A DNA stretch of 64,000 nucleotides from the human T2T-CHM13v2.0 reference genome, Homo sapiens. The stretch is from assembly GCF_009914755.1 (NCBI RefSeq), contig NC_060939.1; one strand, 5' to 3'. The notes below the pieces were generated by a model that saw nothing but the letters and a program-made list of their open reading frames with translations, was not told where the DNA came from and ran no database searches. Positions 39,334-54,499 of this stretch are shown here, in pieces. Numbering within the stretch: the stretch's first letter is position 1; the number at the start of each line of letters is the position of its first letter. Both the position numbers and the translations under genes were made by a program.

Positions 39334-41282
39334 GTTCTGATCCCTAGAACAGGCCCAATCTAGGGAAGCCCAAAGCCAGGCAGCAGTACAGTGGAGAATC
39401 TGCAACTAGCTGCACTCATTCCACTCCAGCTGAAAACTCTCAGTACATAACACTAAAATCTTCAACTGGCAGAGCACCTAGCTTCTCTGTTCAATGTCTA
39501 GGGCTGTCTATAAACCATTAGTGGTGTGTTAGTGTTTTTTCTGCATACAGACCTAAGTCTTTGCTGATTTATGTAGAAAGGAGTCCACAGCAGGGCAGAA
39601 TGCATCCCAGGAAAAGGAAACAGTTCTCATACAACTATGCTAGGTCATTCAGAATAGTTATCATTATATGCCCTGCTTGGGAAATTGCAGAGACCATATT
39701 TTTTAAATGAATATAAAGTCTGAAAGGAATTTTGACAGGTCAGATTTACAAAAATCAAAGTAGGCCACCCTGTTTTGCACTGTCAATAAGGTGTTAGGGA
39801 AGATACTAGGAGATTAACACCCTTTCATGATGACCTAGCTGTTCCCTTGAAGGTGGTAACACCCAGTCAGGCCCAGGATGAGGAACAAAGAGGGACTGGG
39901 GGTGACACTGGAAGCTTTCAAATCTAAGGAGCCACAGATCTCTTACTCATTTTTTTAATGACGTTTATTATTTTTTTAATGTCAGTAGCATTGCTTTCCA
40001 ATCCATATCAACCACAATAAAGAAAAATTTTCATTGGTTATTTTTCTTCCTGTTGTATTACATTACATTGATTTTCAGGAAGTTACTATATAAAGAATCT
40101 CTCTAGATAATGAGAGAATCTCTCTCTTTCTATATATATATAGTGTATACACATAATAGTTATTTCAATTTTTTAATTATTTGTCACTTATATTAAATAT
40201 ATTATATATTTATTTGTTATATATTTATTTAAATGTATATTAGATATAAATTATATACATATATATTTGTATATATAGTTTGTACCTATTGTATATTACT
40301 TTGGATACAAATATTTATGTACATATGTGAATTTTAACTGATGGAGATCAATTCCCATCCAAACACTTGTTGTGTCACTACTAAGAAAGTGCATGCCAAA
40401 TTGGGAAAAGCCACAGTAATCGCCATACCCATGTTGTCCACCTAAAGTCAATGTTTCTCTAGGTCACAGGCAAATTGAACTAGAGTCGAAGCTCTCAGGT
40501 GGTGACGAGCTCCCCACCAGCTAGCAAACACGTGAAGAGGAAGACTCTTTTTCCCAGGATCTCGCTGTATTTTCTGGTCACATGGAGGTACAGAGAATCC
40601 AATCAACTCTAATGTTGCTTCTACAGTTTGTGTGGAGCTGGAGCCCAGTCTGGGGCATCTACTATTCAAATGTTAAGCAACTCTGCGCACTTCAGAATTC
40701 AGTATCATTGTTTCTGCAATTTTAATATCTCTATTATTAAATTCTTTAATTTGAAGCCTCCATGTACCATGTGGTGTTACCTGTAAAATTAGAGTTTCCC
40801 CTGCTCACACATCTGTGCTCCCAGGAAGTACCAACTTCACCCCCTTCTTTTCCTACTAAACTGCAGAGGGGCTTATTCAGGCATTCTGAAGACTCGAAGA
40901 CAGTTCTCTGTGATCTAAAATGACTTTCCTCAATAGTCAATGTGAAGCTTTTTTTTTTTTTAATTTAGTACAGGTAACAAAGAACAGAAAAATTAGAAAG
41001 AAAACAAGCCAAAGAGAAAAAGGGACACCAACAGTAAATGCGCAGTGGTCTGTCTTCTGATTCCTAATGTTCTTCCTAGAGTTTTGATTAACAAATGTTT
41101 TAAATGAGCACTTACTAAATCAGAGGGCACCTGCATCTTCCCTTAGGCAAAGCTAAGAACTCTTTCTGGATCTCCAAACATGTTTACTTATTTCTATGTT
41201 AGTTAATCATTAGTTAGTATGAATAATTCTAAAATGTGAAGTAAATAGAGGCAAATTAATTTTTTTACAGCAGGAGGAAAAG

Positions 41283-41701
41283 TGTATTAGTCCATTCTTA
41301 CATTGCTAGAGAGAAATACCTGAGACTGGGTAATTTATAAGAAAAGAGTTTTAACTGGCTCACAGTTCTGTAAGCTGCATAGGAAGCATAGCAGCATCTG
41401 CTTCTAGGGAGGCCTCAGAGAGCTTCCACTCATGGCAGAAGGCAGAGCAGGAGCAGGCATGTTCACATGGCTGGAGCAGGAGGAAGACAGAGAGACGATG
41501 GAAGGTGCTACCCTCTTTTAAACGACCAGCTCTCGTGAGAACTCTGTCACTAGAACAACACCAACAGGACGGTGCTAAACCATTCAGGAGGGATCTGCCC
41601 CCATGATCCAGTCACCTCCCACCAGGGCCCACCTCCAACACTGACTGGGGGTTATAATTGAACATGAGATTTGGGCAGAGACACAAATCCAAACCCTATC
41701 A
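41283..41701 (-). mobile_element. MSTA-like MaLR solo LTR
   Basis: TGTATTAGTCCATTCT...AAATACCTGAGACTGGGTAATTTATAAGAAAAGAG...CATGAGATTTGGGCAGAGACACAAATCCAAACCCTATCA; near-TSD AAAAG/AAGAG. Confidence 0.9.
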
Positions 41702-42227
41702 AAGAGTATTTTTGTAATGCTCAATAAACAAGGAGTTAAGAACTTTATTGGATTCTGGCCCGTAGTTCTGCCATGGGCCAGCCTTGTGAACATAAGCAAT
41801 CCAGGCCATCTTATGAAGACTCAGTTTCCACACCAGTGCATTGATGATGTTGAACCAGATTAACCTTAAGATCCCTTATGGACCTAATAGTCCATTAGTC
41901 TATAAAGAAGAAAGGAAATAGAAACAGATTAACTAGGATTAAATAGGGCATTATTTTCTCTTTTGGACATCCATTCTTAGAGAGAAATACAGAATTAAAT
42001 TTTTAATAGCAAAAGTAGTAAATGTTTATAGTTGAAGAATAGAAATTAATGTCACTATCTTCCCGCAAAAAAACCTAAAGTCCTAAAATCCGAGTACCCA
42101 AAAATGACCATTGTCAACATTCTGGTGTTTATCTTTCAGACTATTTCCTACACGCATACATAAACATTTACATGGCAGAACCAGGGGCTACACTCCATGT
42201 ACTTACACATATAAGTAAGATATTTTG

Positions 42228-42552
42228 GGCCAGGCGCTGTAATCCCAGCAATTTGGGAGGCCGAGGTGGGTGGATCACATGAGGCCAGGAGTTTGAGACC
42301 AGCCTGGCCAACATGGCAAAATCCTATCTCTACTAAAAATACAAAAAAAAAAAAAAAATTAGGGTGGGCTAATGTCCCTGTGATCCCAGCTAGCTGGCAT
42401 GTGCCTGTAATCCCAGCTACTCAGGAGGCTGAGGCAGGAAAATTGCTTGAACCTGGGAGGCAAAGATTGCAGTGACAGATAGCGCCACTGCACTCCAGCC
42501 TGGGCGATAGAGTGAGACTCCTTCTCAAAAATAAATAAATAAATAAATAAAT
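42228..42552 (+). mobile_element. AluS with a 5' micro-deletion and a short internal duplication
   Basis: GGCCAGGCG|CTGTAATCCCAGC lacks GGTGGCTCAC; CCTGT(G/A)ATCCCAGCTA occurs twice at ~42377-42419; (TAAA)n tail. Confidence 0.9.
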
Positions 42553-42695
42553 ATAATATTTATTTATACTATATATTTATAGATAGGTAGCAATCCTATA
42601 TAAATGTATATATATAAATTTATATATATACATTTATATATACATTTATATATATAAATGTATATATAAATTATATAAATATAATAATAATATAC
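42553..42695. repeat. AT-rich / (TA)n low-complexity tract
   Basis: Direct reading. Confidence 0.85.
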
Positions 42696-43952
42696 TTTGC
42701 TTTGGTTTTGTGATCTGTCATATAGCATTGGGGAAAGCTTATTAATTGGTGTAGATTTTCTAGCAACCAGGTTAGCATTATATATCAAAAGTCCTGAGGA
42801 TATACATATTCTTTAATCTAACAATTACATTGCTAACAAGGTAATTTCCTAAAGTGTAAGTGTATTGAAAAGGATGGTCACTATATCATTGTTTAGAAAC
42901 TAAAAAAAAAAATGAAAAAAGAAAACAAACCAAATGTCCAAAAATCAAGGTCCTATCAGGTAAATCACAGAGTACTTTTACACAATGGAACACAATGCAG
43001 CCTTTAATAATGATACTCAGATATATATTCAGGAACATGGAAAACTATAGACAACCAGTATTTGAGGCATTTCCTCTGACAACCACAGGTAAGGGAGTTC
43101 ACTGAAATGATTTCTTTAAAAAACCACAATAAAGCTGCTGGGATGGCACAGCCCTGATCTGGGCTGCCGACAACAATCCCAGGCTTTCCATATGCTCCGC
43201 AGCATCCAGAAATGGCAGGCTAACATTTTCCTCCTGCTGGCACTGGTGGGCTCGCTGCAACTGTCACCGTTCCATCCTCACTCTCCACCCCATCTCCACA
43301 GCCTTTGCCCACTCTTAACCAAGGACGGAGAGACACATTCTCGAGGCTGAAAAATTAGAAACCTGTTGAGTTACCTTCTTGCACTGCAAAGTTGCCAGGA
43401 GCCTGTCTGGGGAAGGACAGGAAGTGAATGCAACAGGATGGGCAGAGGCAGAGGCAGCAGGAGAGGGAGGCAAGCGTGGGAGTGCAGGGACATCCAGCGG
43501 AGAGAGAAGGAGGGTCAAAGAGAGAAAGGCAACCAAAGAGACAAGGCTCAGGGCTGCAGCAGAAAATGGGAAGCACTACTTTAAAAATAATCATAGAGGG
43601 TAAGAATAAAAGATGCTGCCATGATTCCTTCCCTTTGGTGATGCAACCAGTGAATTAACGAAGGAAACCCGAGGTAGAGCCAACCAGTCTCTGAACTGCT
43701 TACAGATACCTGGAAGAGGAAGGATTCCTTCTTTTGCTTACTCTTTTCCTTTCCTTCCCCACCATCCCTTTTTGATTCTTCTGGTTCATTTATATACTCT
43801 CTCTCTCTTTTTTTTTTTTTTACATTGTCCAGCTAAACATTACAACGGTTTGAAGTAGTGTGACAAAGATGGGAGCCAAGATGAGAAGCAGGGAGCTGGA
43901 ATACCTATTCAGGATGAAAATGTGTAGTATGATTCACCTGTTCATACCCTAG

Positions 43953-44324
43953 TGACATGGTTTGGCTGTGTCCCCACCCAAATCTCATCTTGAATTGTAA
44001 CTCCCACAATTCCCACCTGTCATGGGAGGAACCTGGTGGGAGGTGATTAAATTATGGGGGAGGGTCTTTCCGGCGCTGTTGTCATGATAGCAAATGAGTC
44101 TCATGAGATCTGGTGGTTCTAAAAAGGAGAATTTCCCTGCACAAGCTCTCTCTTATCCTGCTGCCATCCACGTAAGATGTGACTGGCTCCTCCTTGTCTT
44201 CTGCCATGACTGTGAGGCTTCCCCAGCCATGTAGAACTGTGAGTTCTCTATTAAACCTCTTTCCTTTGTAAATTGCCCAGCCTCGGGTATGTCTTTATCA
44301 GCAGCATGAAAACAGACTAATACA
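43953..44324 (+). mobile_element. THE1 (THE1B-like) solo LTR
   Basis: TGACATGGTTTGGCTGTGTCCCCACCCAAATCTCATCTTGAATTGTA...ACAGACTAATACA; near-TSD CCTAG/TCTAG. Confidence 0.93.
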
Positions 44325-45704
44325 TCTAGTCTTTGACGTATTGATCTCCAACAGGAATGATTGGAGACTTGGAGAGTGTGAAGGTGCCATACTGTGTAAC
44401 TTCCTAACCCTCTGCTGGTCACTCCAGTTGCTGTGGCTTTGCTGTACTCAGCTTCTAATGGGTCTTGTCTAGCTTTCCTTCATACCTTCGTTTCTCTGGT
44501 ACCCCCTCTCACTAACTCCAGAATACTTATCCATATTGGACTCTCAACAATCCCTTTTCTCTCTGTGATTTGTAATAGTAAGCACATCATTTAAACCCAT
44601 CCATCTCCTTCTCTTAAATGAAGCATACTTTTCCTCAACATTGCCATACTTTCTATCTCTATACTTCCCTGTTACAGTGCAATGCTTAACAATTAATTAA
44701 TTAACCTTCTAACTCAGGGACACAATCTGAGATGCAAGCAAGAAATAAAATGTCTGCCCTCAGCATCTTCCTTGGCAGCCTAGCAGTACCCGCCACCCCA
44801 GCATCATGCACTTTTCTGTACCCAATCCCCATGAGGCCATTGGCAGGTCCAGTTTTTGCTGTCCTGATGCTTTCAGGTTGTCCTCTGGCTTCCAAGAATC
44901 CTAGTTTCTTAACTAGAGGTGATAAAATGTAGAAGGAAAGTCCTGGTGCAGCACAAAATTAATGAAGAATGTATATCTCCATAGTTCCCAACTGAAGAGG
45001 TGTTCAATGAGTCAATGACACCACTCCAAGGTGAAAAACGAGATAGATTCTGATTAACTGAGAGACTACTGTGTGCCAACTACTGTGCTTGATGCTTCCT
45101 GCTTACCAGGAACCATTATCTTGCTAGGTACAGAAGACACAGTTCCTGTCCTCAAACTACACTCTGTGTAGACAAAGCATTCACAAGATAATTGGCTTGT
45201 GCACCCTTGCAAGGGACATCTGCCAGAGTAAGTCAACACAGAGTCAATATCAGAAAAGTACAGATTTAGGATAATAAAAATAATTTACATTATTAAGTGC
45301 TTACCACGAACCAAGCACCATGTCAGTCCCTTTAAAACACTGGGCTTCACATTCTCAGAATTGTCTTCCATGGACGACAATGAGATTTGAGATTTACGAT
45401 GATCCAGCACATAGTAGAATTTGGTCATGTCCTCTGTACCATTAGAGAGATGTTGAATGAAGGAGGAAAATCAAATGCCTTTTAAAATCAGTGCTCAGTT
45501 AGTATATTGATGCCTACTTATTAGCCCAAATTATTAATTTTCATTTTATAAACACTTTGGATAAAGTGCAGTTTATGAAAACTAAAGAACAATAATTAGT
45601 CCTATTGGCTTAAAGGCTGTTAATTCTGGCACATAATATTAAGTAATATTCTCAATAATGGATATTTAAGGCATAACATGAATCATTACTGGTATGAGTT
45701 GTGA

Positions 45705-45930
45705 TATTTATAATGCCTGAGCATTGTGCTAGACACATGCTGTCAATCATTGCATTTATTACTCCTAGTAAACTTATATGAAAGATTCTATTATCAGTCT
45801 CACTTTACATCTGGAGAAACTGAGTCACAGAAAGGTGAAATTGTGCGTGCTGTCAAATCTAGTAAGTGCAGAGGGAGGACCTGAGCTCTGGTTTACTTGA
45901 TTCTAAGCCCACTGTGTCCTAACCCATGAC
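45705..45930 (-). mobile_element. MIR
   Basis: CACTTTACATCTGGAGAAACTGAGTCACAGAAAGGTGAA core. Confidence 0.7.
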
Positions 45931-47789
45931 CATCCCAAATGGTTTTTATTACTATTTTAAATAATAAAACAATTATAATTTTTAAAAATCTCTAGGATAT
46001 GTTTCACTATGATGTAGTAGTCAAAATCCCATTGAAAGCAAATTGTGCCCAATTTTTTAATATTTCTGATGATCAATAAGCAAGATAACTGCACCATTTC
46101 CAGAGGGTTTCTCTATAGGAGTGTTTATCCCTATCAAAATGCTTTCTTAACTTGAAAATTACCAGCATGGCTTTAAACCACTAAAGCTGACTTTAAAAGG
46201 GGAATGGACTGGGAGAGGGGCGGGGAGGCTTTCATCACTTACAAACAGTCCTTCGTTTGCAGTTCTGACACCTGTGAAAGACAAAATTATTTTTTGTGGT
46301 CATTGCTGGTCGCACTCAGGCTCCTAGGGAGCCTCCTTCAATGTCTGATGACATCACAGACCTAAGGGAACCTTCCAACAGGGCTGGCTGCTTTGCATCC
46401 CTTGGAAGGCAAGTCTGTTTTGCTCTAGGTTTTATCTCTCAAGTAGGGATCTAGTTGCCAGGATTTAGGGTGTTGCCCTCTTATATCCAGGAGTTGAGAA
46501 ATATTTCAAATGGTGAAAATGTTTTCAGGTTCTCCCAGTTTTGCCTCTGAAAATTGCTGTTTATTCTGCCCTAACAACAGTCTCTTCCTGACTACCTTCC
46601 CCTGCTATTCTGTGGATTTCACTGTGCAATGATGGGAACATTCAATTTGCTGAGTGTTACAAGTGGGGCTAGGCTTGTATTGCATAGAAGATGAAGCAAC
46701 TTCAACACCAGGAAGCTAAATGGAGAAAAAGAGGATTCTGAGGTTTTACTGAAGGGATTTTTGTTAAGTATCAAACTCAAGAAGAATATGAATTTTTTCC
46801 CACTAAATTTCTCACTTGAAATAGATAGAAACAAGAATTTTTTCCCACTGAATTTCTCACCTGAAAAGATATTGGAGCACATGACTATAACCTTCATGTC
46901 CAAATGAATATTTTTATGCTTGAATAGATTTTTAAGCCCCAAAACCTACATACTATTGTATGATCCTGAAGGAGGAGGATGATTTCACTAAGGCTGGTGA
47001 AGGTTGAGAAAAAGCTCTCCTAGAAAAATCCAGGCTGGGATTATAATTGAAAGAAGAAAAAAATAGACATGTTCTCTCTTAACCTCTACTACACCAAAGA
47101 CAAACATATAATTTGCCAAAATGGTCCAGATTCAAACGAAGGCTACCTATAGCTAAATTTGCATATATATGAAGTTGGAAACTAAAGCATATTGGCCTCG
47201 AGCCAAAGTAAAAGCCTTTCTTACATCAAACACTGAGGGAAGATCCATGAAACAAAATTTCTTCCAGTTTATATTATCTCTTAAACCACAACAATTATCT
47301 CCTTCACAAATATAAATACTTCCTACAAGTTCAAAACCAATTATGTTTTCTAGACACTTGTGCACCTATTTCAGTTAACAAATCACTTTGTCCATTCCCA
47401 TATGCCGCAACTCATTCATCTTGACCTTGGCAAATCACTTTATTTGGACATTTTCAGTGCATTCCCACTGAGATCACCAATTCTAAGTAATTATCACTTT
47501 GCACAGGCTGGGTTAGAAAGTCAAGGTGTTTTCATCCACCCATTGTGGTTCCTCTGTGTTTTCTGCAGAGCACTCATGATTTTCTACTGGAAATCCATAC
47601 ATGTATACATTTCTTGCTCTCTAAACTGCAAGCTTCATGAGAACAGGAAATATTTCTTTACCTGCAAAAATGGTCTCCTGTTTATAGCCCTCCTAGGACT
47701 TTGCACACAATAGTTAATAAATGTAAGTTGAAGGACTCAGACATTTTGCTTCCAGGGATACGCCCTATAGATCTGTTGGCATAAGGACG

Positions 47790-48290
47790 CAGAGAGATAC
47801 TCGTTGTATACTGTTTTCAGCAATGAAAATTGGGAGCTACATAGATGCTCATCAACAGAGAAATGGTTAAATAAACACACATATCCTCTGCAAACTATGG
47901 ATTGCTACCTATCTATAAATATTTAGTGTATACACACATGTACTTGATAATAAGAGCAAATTAGATAAATAAGATATGGAAAAGTGTCTGATGTTATCAA
48001 GTGGAAAAAGATAAAAAAGGAAAAGTTCAGAAAAATATGTCAATATACTTCCATTTTTAACAACTGGTTATGGATATACTACATTATATACTGTAACACA
48101 TATTTTTTCCTATGCATAGAAAATGTCTGAAAGGATATACAGTATGTTCTCATAAGCAAATATCTCTGGGAAGCGGGATGCAGTGGAAACTGGAGAAATG
48201 TTTTCCCTTACATATCTATTTCTATACTGCTGATATTCTTTACACTGAGTGTGTATATGTTTTCAATAAGAGGTTAAGGAAAATAAATCT
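47790..48290 (+). mobile_element. Old L1 (L1ME-like) 3' fragment
   Basis: ATGCTCATCAACAGAGAAATGGTTAAATAAAC; TATGCATAGAAAATGTCTGAAAGGATATAC. Confidence 0.55.
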
Positions 48291-51200
48291 ATTCTAAATG
48301 AATATATGAATGAAGTCTACATAATTTAATTGTTAATTCTGTGTCCCTAGTCTGGTTTATGATGATAAGCTGGTGAAATCAGTCCTCCCTTGGGGATAGG
48401 CCTATTACAGGGCAAGAAAGATCTTTGCTGAAAGATCCCACAGCAGCATTCAAATTACCCTGTCCTAGGAACCAGTAGACTAAATTCCTGATTCATCTGC
48501 TACCTACCAAGCTGTAGAACAATATAGATTCCCTGTACCTTACTTTCTTTATTTATAAGGTGAGGTTGGGTAGACCAAAAGATTTCCAAAGTCCCTTTGA
48601 ATTCTAAATTTCTCACCCCCTTCTTTGGGAGACAGAGAGAGAAAAATGATGAGGGTCACCAAATGGCCACAGCATTAAAGACGTAAGTTGCACTGCTATT
48701 AGAAGACAGGCAGTTAACAGGATCTGACAATGAAAAAAGGAGCACTTAGAAGGTTAGCGTCCATTTTATGCTTTGCTTCATTATATAAATTTAGGCTTTC
48801 ATCTGCATTCAATCCTACATAACATCCTATAAGACAAGGGAACACTGTTTACAGCATGGCATTTCAAATATCCAGATGATGGTCCATTTGGAATAGATTA
48901 CAACTCTGCTTTCTGTCATCAGGCATTCTCAGACCCATATTGCATCCATATGTAGCCAGGGACCATTAATTGGTCCAGTATTCTTTTATTTGGGGGAAAA
49001 AGGAAAAATGGGGCAAAGTTTAGTACTTTCTTCATATTTTTTATTCTAAATTTTCTAGATTGAAAACTAAATAAATTATACAACAGTTTATCCATCATCG
49101 AATTTAACACGTAACACCTATTAATCATCTATGATAAAGTAAACCTGAGTCTCATCAACATGAAATGCAACGTCCTGTCCCAGAAACCACATCGATCCAT
49201 GAATTTTTCTCTAACTATGATATGGAGTAAGACCAGGAGGGTCACTCAGACATAGCCTAATGAGAAAAGCTTCTTATATTATTTTCCAGCCTCAGTTTAA
49301 AAAATAATAATAAAAGGTAACTTTTTCTATTCATGACATCCTATTAAATGCAAAAGAAACCAAGGGTTTTCATTGCCCCCAGTGATATTATATACAGCCC
49401 TTTTCTTGTTTTCTGACAGAGCATCTTAATTAGGCATTAGAATGGACAAGTTTATTTTTTAGCCAACTTTGAAAGATGATCTTCCCCACCTAATTTTCTA
49501 CTTGAAAATCAATACATACAGTTTTGCCTTCCGCGGTTCCCAGAATGATATCTATAGCATGCCATCTTCCACTTGCTTGCATCTAGTTTTCATTACCCAA
49601 AAATGTCTTTGTTCCTCTTTAAGAGCTCTAAAGAAAGATCTGCTCAGACTGCATTGAGAACACAGGGAAATAAAACATTTCGGAGTGGGGGGTATGACAG
49701 AAAGGATTGCCCCCTTGGAGCTGGGAAACCTGAGTATTTAAGCATCAATGTTTGAAATAATGATGGATCCAGGGCTGGCAAAATGACGACCATGTAAGCT
49801 CTTCTTCGGGAAGCACTTGCCTTCAATAAACTCCCCTCTCTTCCACCATCATGCCAGGTGCTTTTCTACTTTCCACTCAGTTGACCAGGAATCCCACTTT
49901 CCCTGCTGCCAAAACTTAAAGTAGACTAATCTTCCTCACCGCAGCAATGTCTAGCAACAGACTCTTTTCTTCAAACTCTATCCAAACATACCTAACCTGT
50001 GCAGACTCTACTCATCTGCAGACATTAAAAGATCTAAACTGTTAAGGTAGGAACTAAAGTGCACACGTTGTATGGCAGCTCCTGAGAATAAAACCAGAGG
50101 TCCAAGACAACTCTCCCTGACTCCTCTCTGTTGCAGGCCCCACCAATCAATACCTGCACTTGTTCGCTCTAAGCCCAGACACAATCTTACAGTCCTTAAC
50201 ACTGGATTCTGAGCAGCCACAGCCGCTTCCAGTGGAACAGAGTCAACTGGAAAGTTGGAAACTCTTTGCCATAATTGTCTTACCCTCAAAAAACAAAAAT
50301 TACAATTGCTAGAACCATAGATAGCTGCCGAAGAAAGTGGGTAAGGTGATCACCTTGGTTGGATAAGGTGGACCTGTCAGTAAACTTATGACAACACCCC
50401 ACTACCTACCTGTGGAGCTGACCTTACCTCTAATATACCCCTTCTGATATTGGAGGTAAGGACAAAGTGGCCATCGTCCATCTGCAGTATGCTCTCTAAT
50501 GACAATGCCAGCTTCTTCTATCTCTATTTAATGGTTTAATGCTTCTGCCTTTAAGATATTCAGATACATCTTTTTATACATTTAAAATCAGCATAAAAAC
50601 AAAATAAATTGCAACTGTTCTTGGATGCCATACTCCTACAATTTTTTCACCAAATTCTGAAGTTGGAAGCATTTATTAAAATATACAGTAAAAGCATAAT
50701 GTATTCCTCTATAGAAAAAACTGCCTACTGAAAAACTCCATTCAGCATACATTTTATTACTCAGCTTGAATTTAGGGAAACCTTTTTGATTTTGTATGAT
50801 CCCCCTTGATCTCCAGCTCATTGTATTGAATATACACATTTGTTACACATATACTATGGGCCTACCATACATAAAGTAGCCATCGGAATCAATGTTACAA
50901 GTGGAAACTAAACTGTCTGATTTTGGAAAAGCAAGCCAATTGTTTGGCATTAGCATAGATGCATCAATTCTTTTTAATGGCTTGGATTTTTGACTTTTCT
51001 CTATGTCACCTTACCACCACCCACAAACACTCATTAATACAGGGGTCAAATTATCCTTGTTTTTTTTCTATCAGGGTATTTCACTACAGATGTCTTCTGA
51101 AAACCTATTGGTTAACCAGAATTCCTCATTCGTATTCACACTCTCTCTGCCCCTCCTGCCTGATTTCAGCACACTTCCAATTTGTTTGGCATTCCTCTTC

Positions 51201-51811
51201 TCCAAATTTCTAAAGTTAGTCCTGGCTTTCTCCGGATGAAAAAGCCTCAAATACTTAGTTTCCCTTATTAATAACAAAGTTTGATCCATTCAGTCAACTG
51301 GTGAATAATCATTTACACAGTGAAAACTGTTAGCCTGACTGCTCACAGCACAGCTGATACTGTTTGACCCTGTTCAAGATCAAAGCTTTTTGCAGGTCTG
51401 ACATCTACCATAGACTCAGCTCATTTGCCAGGTAATCAAATTGCTATTAATTTTTCTATTAACTGAATTTAATACCAGAGGGACACTGTAATGAGACCTA
51501 GCAAATAATTTGGGAACATTAGGATCCCATGGATCTACTAATAAAAGCTGTGATTTCTCTACTCTTGGTACTGCTTTTTCCTTACTAGGAAATTATAACA
51601 CAATACAATCTTAAATTCTGTGTCTATTTCATTCACGGTGAGTTGGACCCTGGTCTCACCAACGCATTGGGGACCATTTGGCCCTAGTGCTTGGCTTGAG
51701 ATTAAAATTTTCTCAAAACTGAGGAATCAGATTTTTCATACCAGGGACAACATAATACTGTATCGAGGTGAATTTTTTTTAAAGCACATTGTTTTCCAGA
51801 AGACTAAAATT

Positions 51812-52260
51812 TGTGTGGAAATAAACAAAGACCACCAAAACGAGAACATTTATTCAGAGCTTGCTACAACAAGGGCATCAGCCACCATCACTCATGTTTG
51901 GCAGAGACTCAAGGGCAGGTAGAGGAATGAGAAAGCTCACAGCGGAAGGAAAGAGGGAGGCTTCGATGTGCCCTGATTGGAAGCTGTTGGAGTGTAGGAG
52001 GCTGGAAACAGGCTCACTAGAAACCAGGCATCCTATAGGATTGGTTAGGAGTGAGGAGCTGGGCTTCTCCAGCTGGCCCCAAATTGGAAGGAGGGACAAA
52101 TATTAAGAAAGTGTTGTTACTGGTTAAACCCTGGCCATCTTGGGCTAATGGCTATAGGGGTTTATATTTGGCTTCATCAACTGGCTGCTTCAGGTTGTAG
52201 GTCAGAGTTCTATTTTTATACATGATCTGGCCATTGTCTGTTTGTATATTCAGTCTCTCA
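51812..52260 (-). mobile_element. ERV1-type solo LTR (MER31-like)
   Basis: Ends GTCAGAGTTCTATTTTTATA...GGCCATTGTCTGTTTGTATATTCAGTCTCTCA; antisense AATAAA at ~51849; several ATTGG boxes. Subfamily uncertain. Confidence 0.65.
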
Positions 52261-52874
52261 ACTGATACACACTGAAAAGTCTCACTTAAATCTGTCAACA
52301 TTAAAATGTCTGTGCAAAATTAAAAATAGCACTACCATCCAATTTGCTGGTTTGGCATTTCTTTTCTGCGACTACAAAGCAAAACCTATTTAGTGTATGT
52401 TATTTGAAGAAAGAAAAAAAAAACACAAAAATAAAACAATCACCAAATATCTCACCATGTTTAAAAGATAGCCCTGATAACATTTTGGAATATTTATATT
52501 CACTGCTCTTTCTATATACAAAATTTACAAAACCAGAATTGAACTGAGTATAATCATTTCTAAACTGTTCTCTAAACCAGCAATAAGCCAACAATCACGA
52601 ACATTCTCTGCCTGATCATTTAGTAATTTTCCCTGTCATGATTTTAATGACTATATTATTTTAATGACTTCACATGTTAAGGGTTCCTATAATAGATGCA
52701 GCACTCTGCTCTTTTGGGATATTCACGCTGTTTCTTATTTTTATTATAATAAAAAATATTGCACGGAGCATTCTTTCAGGTAAGTCTTAGCGCACAGCTC
52801 TGAATCTCTAGATTCTAAAGAAAAAAAATGGAAAAGGGATGGTGTTGAGAACTAACCAAGAAGCAATAGAATAG

Positions 52875-53267
<393 letters not shown>

Positions 53268-53984
53268 TAAACCCCTTATTTCTCTTCCTGGGCCTGAGTT
53301 TCCTCAGGAGAGAAAAGAGAAAGGGCTGCCAAGGAGGCAGCAACAACATTTTGCAATTCTGCTCACCTGCTTCTGCTCTTCACAAGACCACAACAGCTGG
53401 TGACTTGGGCAGAGGCTCGCAGGACCTTCTCCTAGATGAGGCAGGCAGGGCCCTTCAGCCTGGGAGGCCTGGACATCCTGGTGAGGGTGGGACAGTGGCT
53501 GCCCTCATGCTGCCTGGTTTTCACTGATAGCTTGATGAAGATGTTACAAAGCTCTTAAAAGCCCTATTTCTGTGTCTCTTTAAACTTCAAAGGGTGCCAT
53601 GTCACAGCCTGCCTTAAGCCCTGGGGTGATGCGAGCCACCCTTGAACAGGTGGACTGATTGGTACAGGTTACATTCCTGCTGTGTACACCAATCTCTCTC
53701 TCTGGGTAACCCATATTTTCATGTTGTTAACTGTCAAGTTCGAACATTTGAACCAAATCATAAAATTTGTATGAGACACAAAGTTGTCCAGACAGAAATG
53801 AGCTCCATTTCAGTGGTAGGGAAACAAGCACATTTAAACACTCTGACCCGAGGTAGATCCAGCTGGAGGCCCTGAAGCTTATACAATTTGGGCATGCCGT
53901 GTAAGAAAGAGAATAAAAAGTTACAGCATAACATTAGCTACAGAGCCTTGGAAAGGGCCTTGCATAGGAGAGGAATGAGGCTCA

Positions 53985-54152
53985 GGGTTGTTCTAAAGCA
54001 CCCTGGGGGCTTGGTCAACCCCAAATGCTGACGTCATTCCCAGAGCTTCAGTTTAGGTGAGCATGACGAGGGACTGGGAAATTTCTAACAAGTTGTTCGG
54101 TAGCACCAAAGCTGCTGGTCCACACAGAGTGTCCATACCTTGAGAACCACAG
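53985..54152. mobile_element. MER5A-like remnant
   Basis: ATTTCTAACAAGTT...GCTGCTGGTCC...CCATACCTTGAGAACCAC. Confidence 0.6.
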
Positions 54153-54499
54153 ATTTATACAAACACGGGTCACGGTCTCTTCAAGAAACATACACATTCT
54201 TTTTCACATTTTACAAAATCTTATTTAGTATCCCACATTTTACCAAAAATACACAGGACAGCGTGACAGTCTCTCCCAGGGCTGTCGAAGGGCCCCGGCG
54301 AGTGAGAAGCACAGAGGCAGAAGCTTCACTTGCTTTGCAGACAGGCCATGGCTGGGGAGGCCACTTCACCATTCAGCAGAGCCCTAAGAGGTTGCATTTC
54401 TGTGATGAGAGCACTGTGTCAACTGTCCTCAAAACAGAACACTATGTCTTGCCTGGATGACCAGATGCTGGTTATCTGTATTGCTACCAGACGGAGCTA

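Noticed and set aside
40085-40330. Apparent hairpins in AT-rich DNA
   Set aside because: Expected by chance in TA/GA low-complexity sequence.
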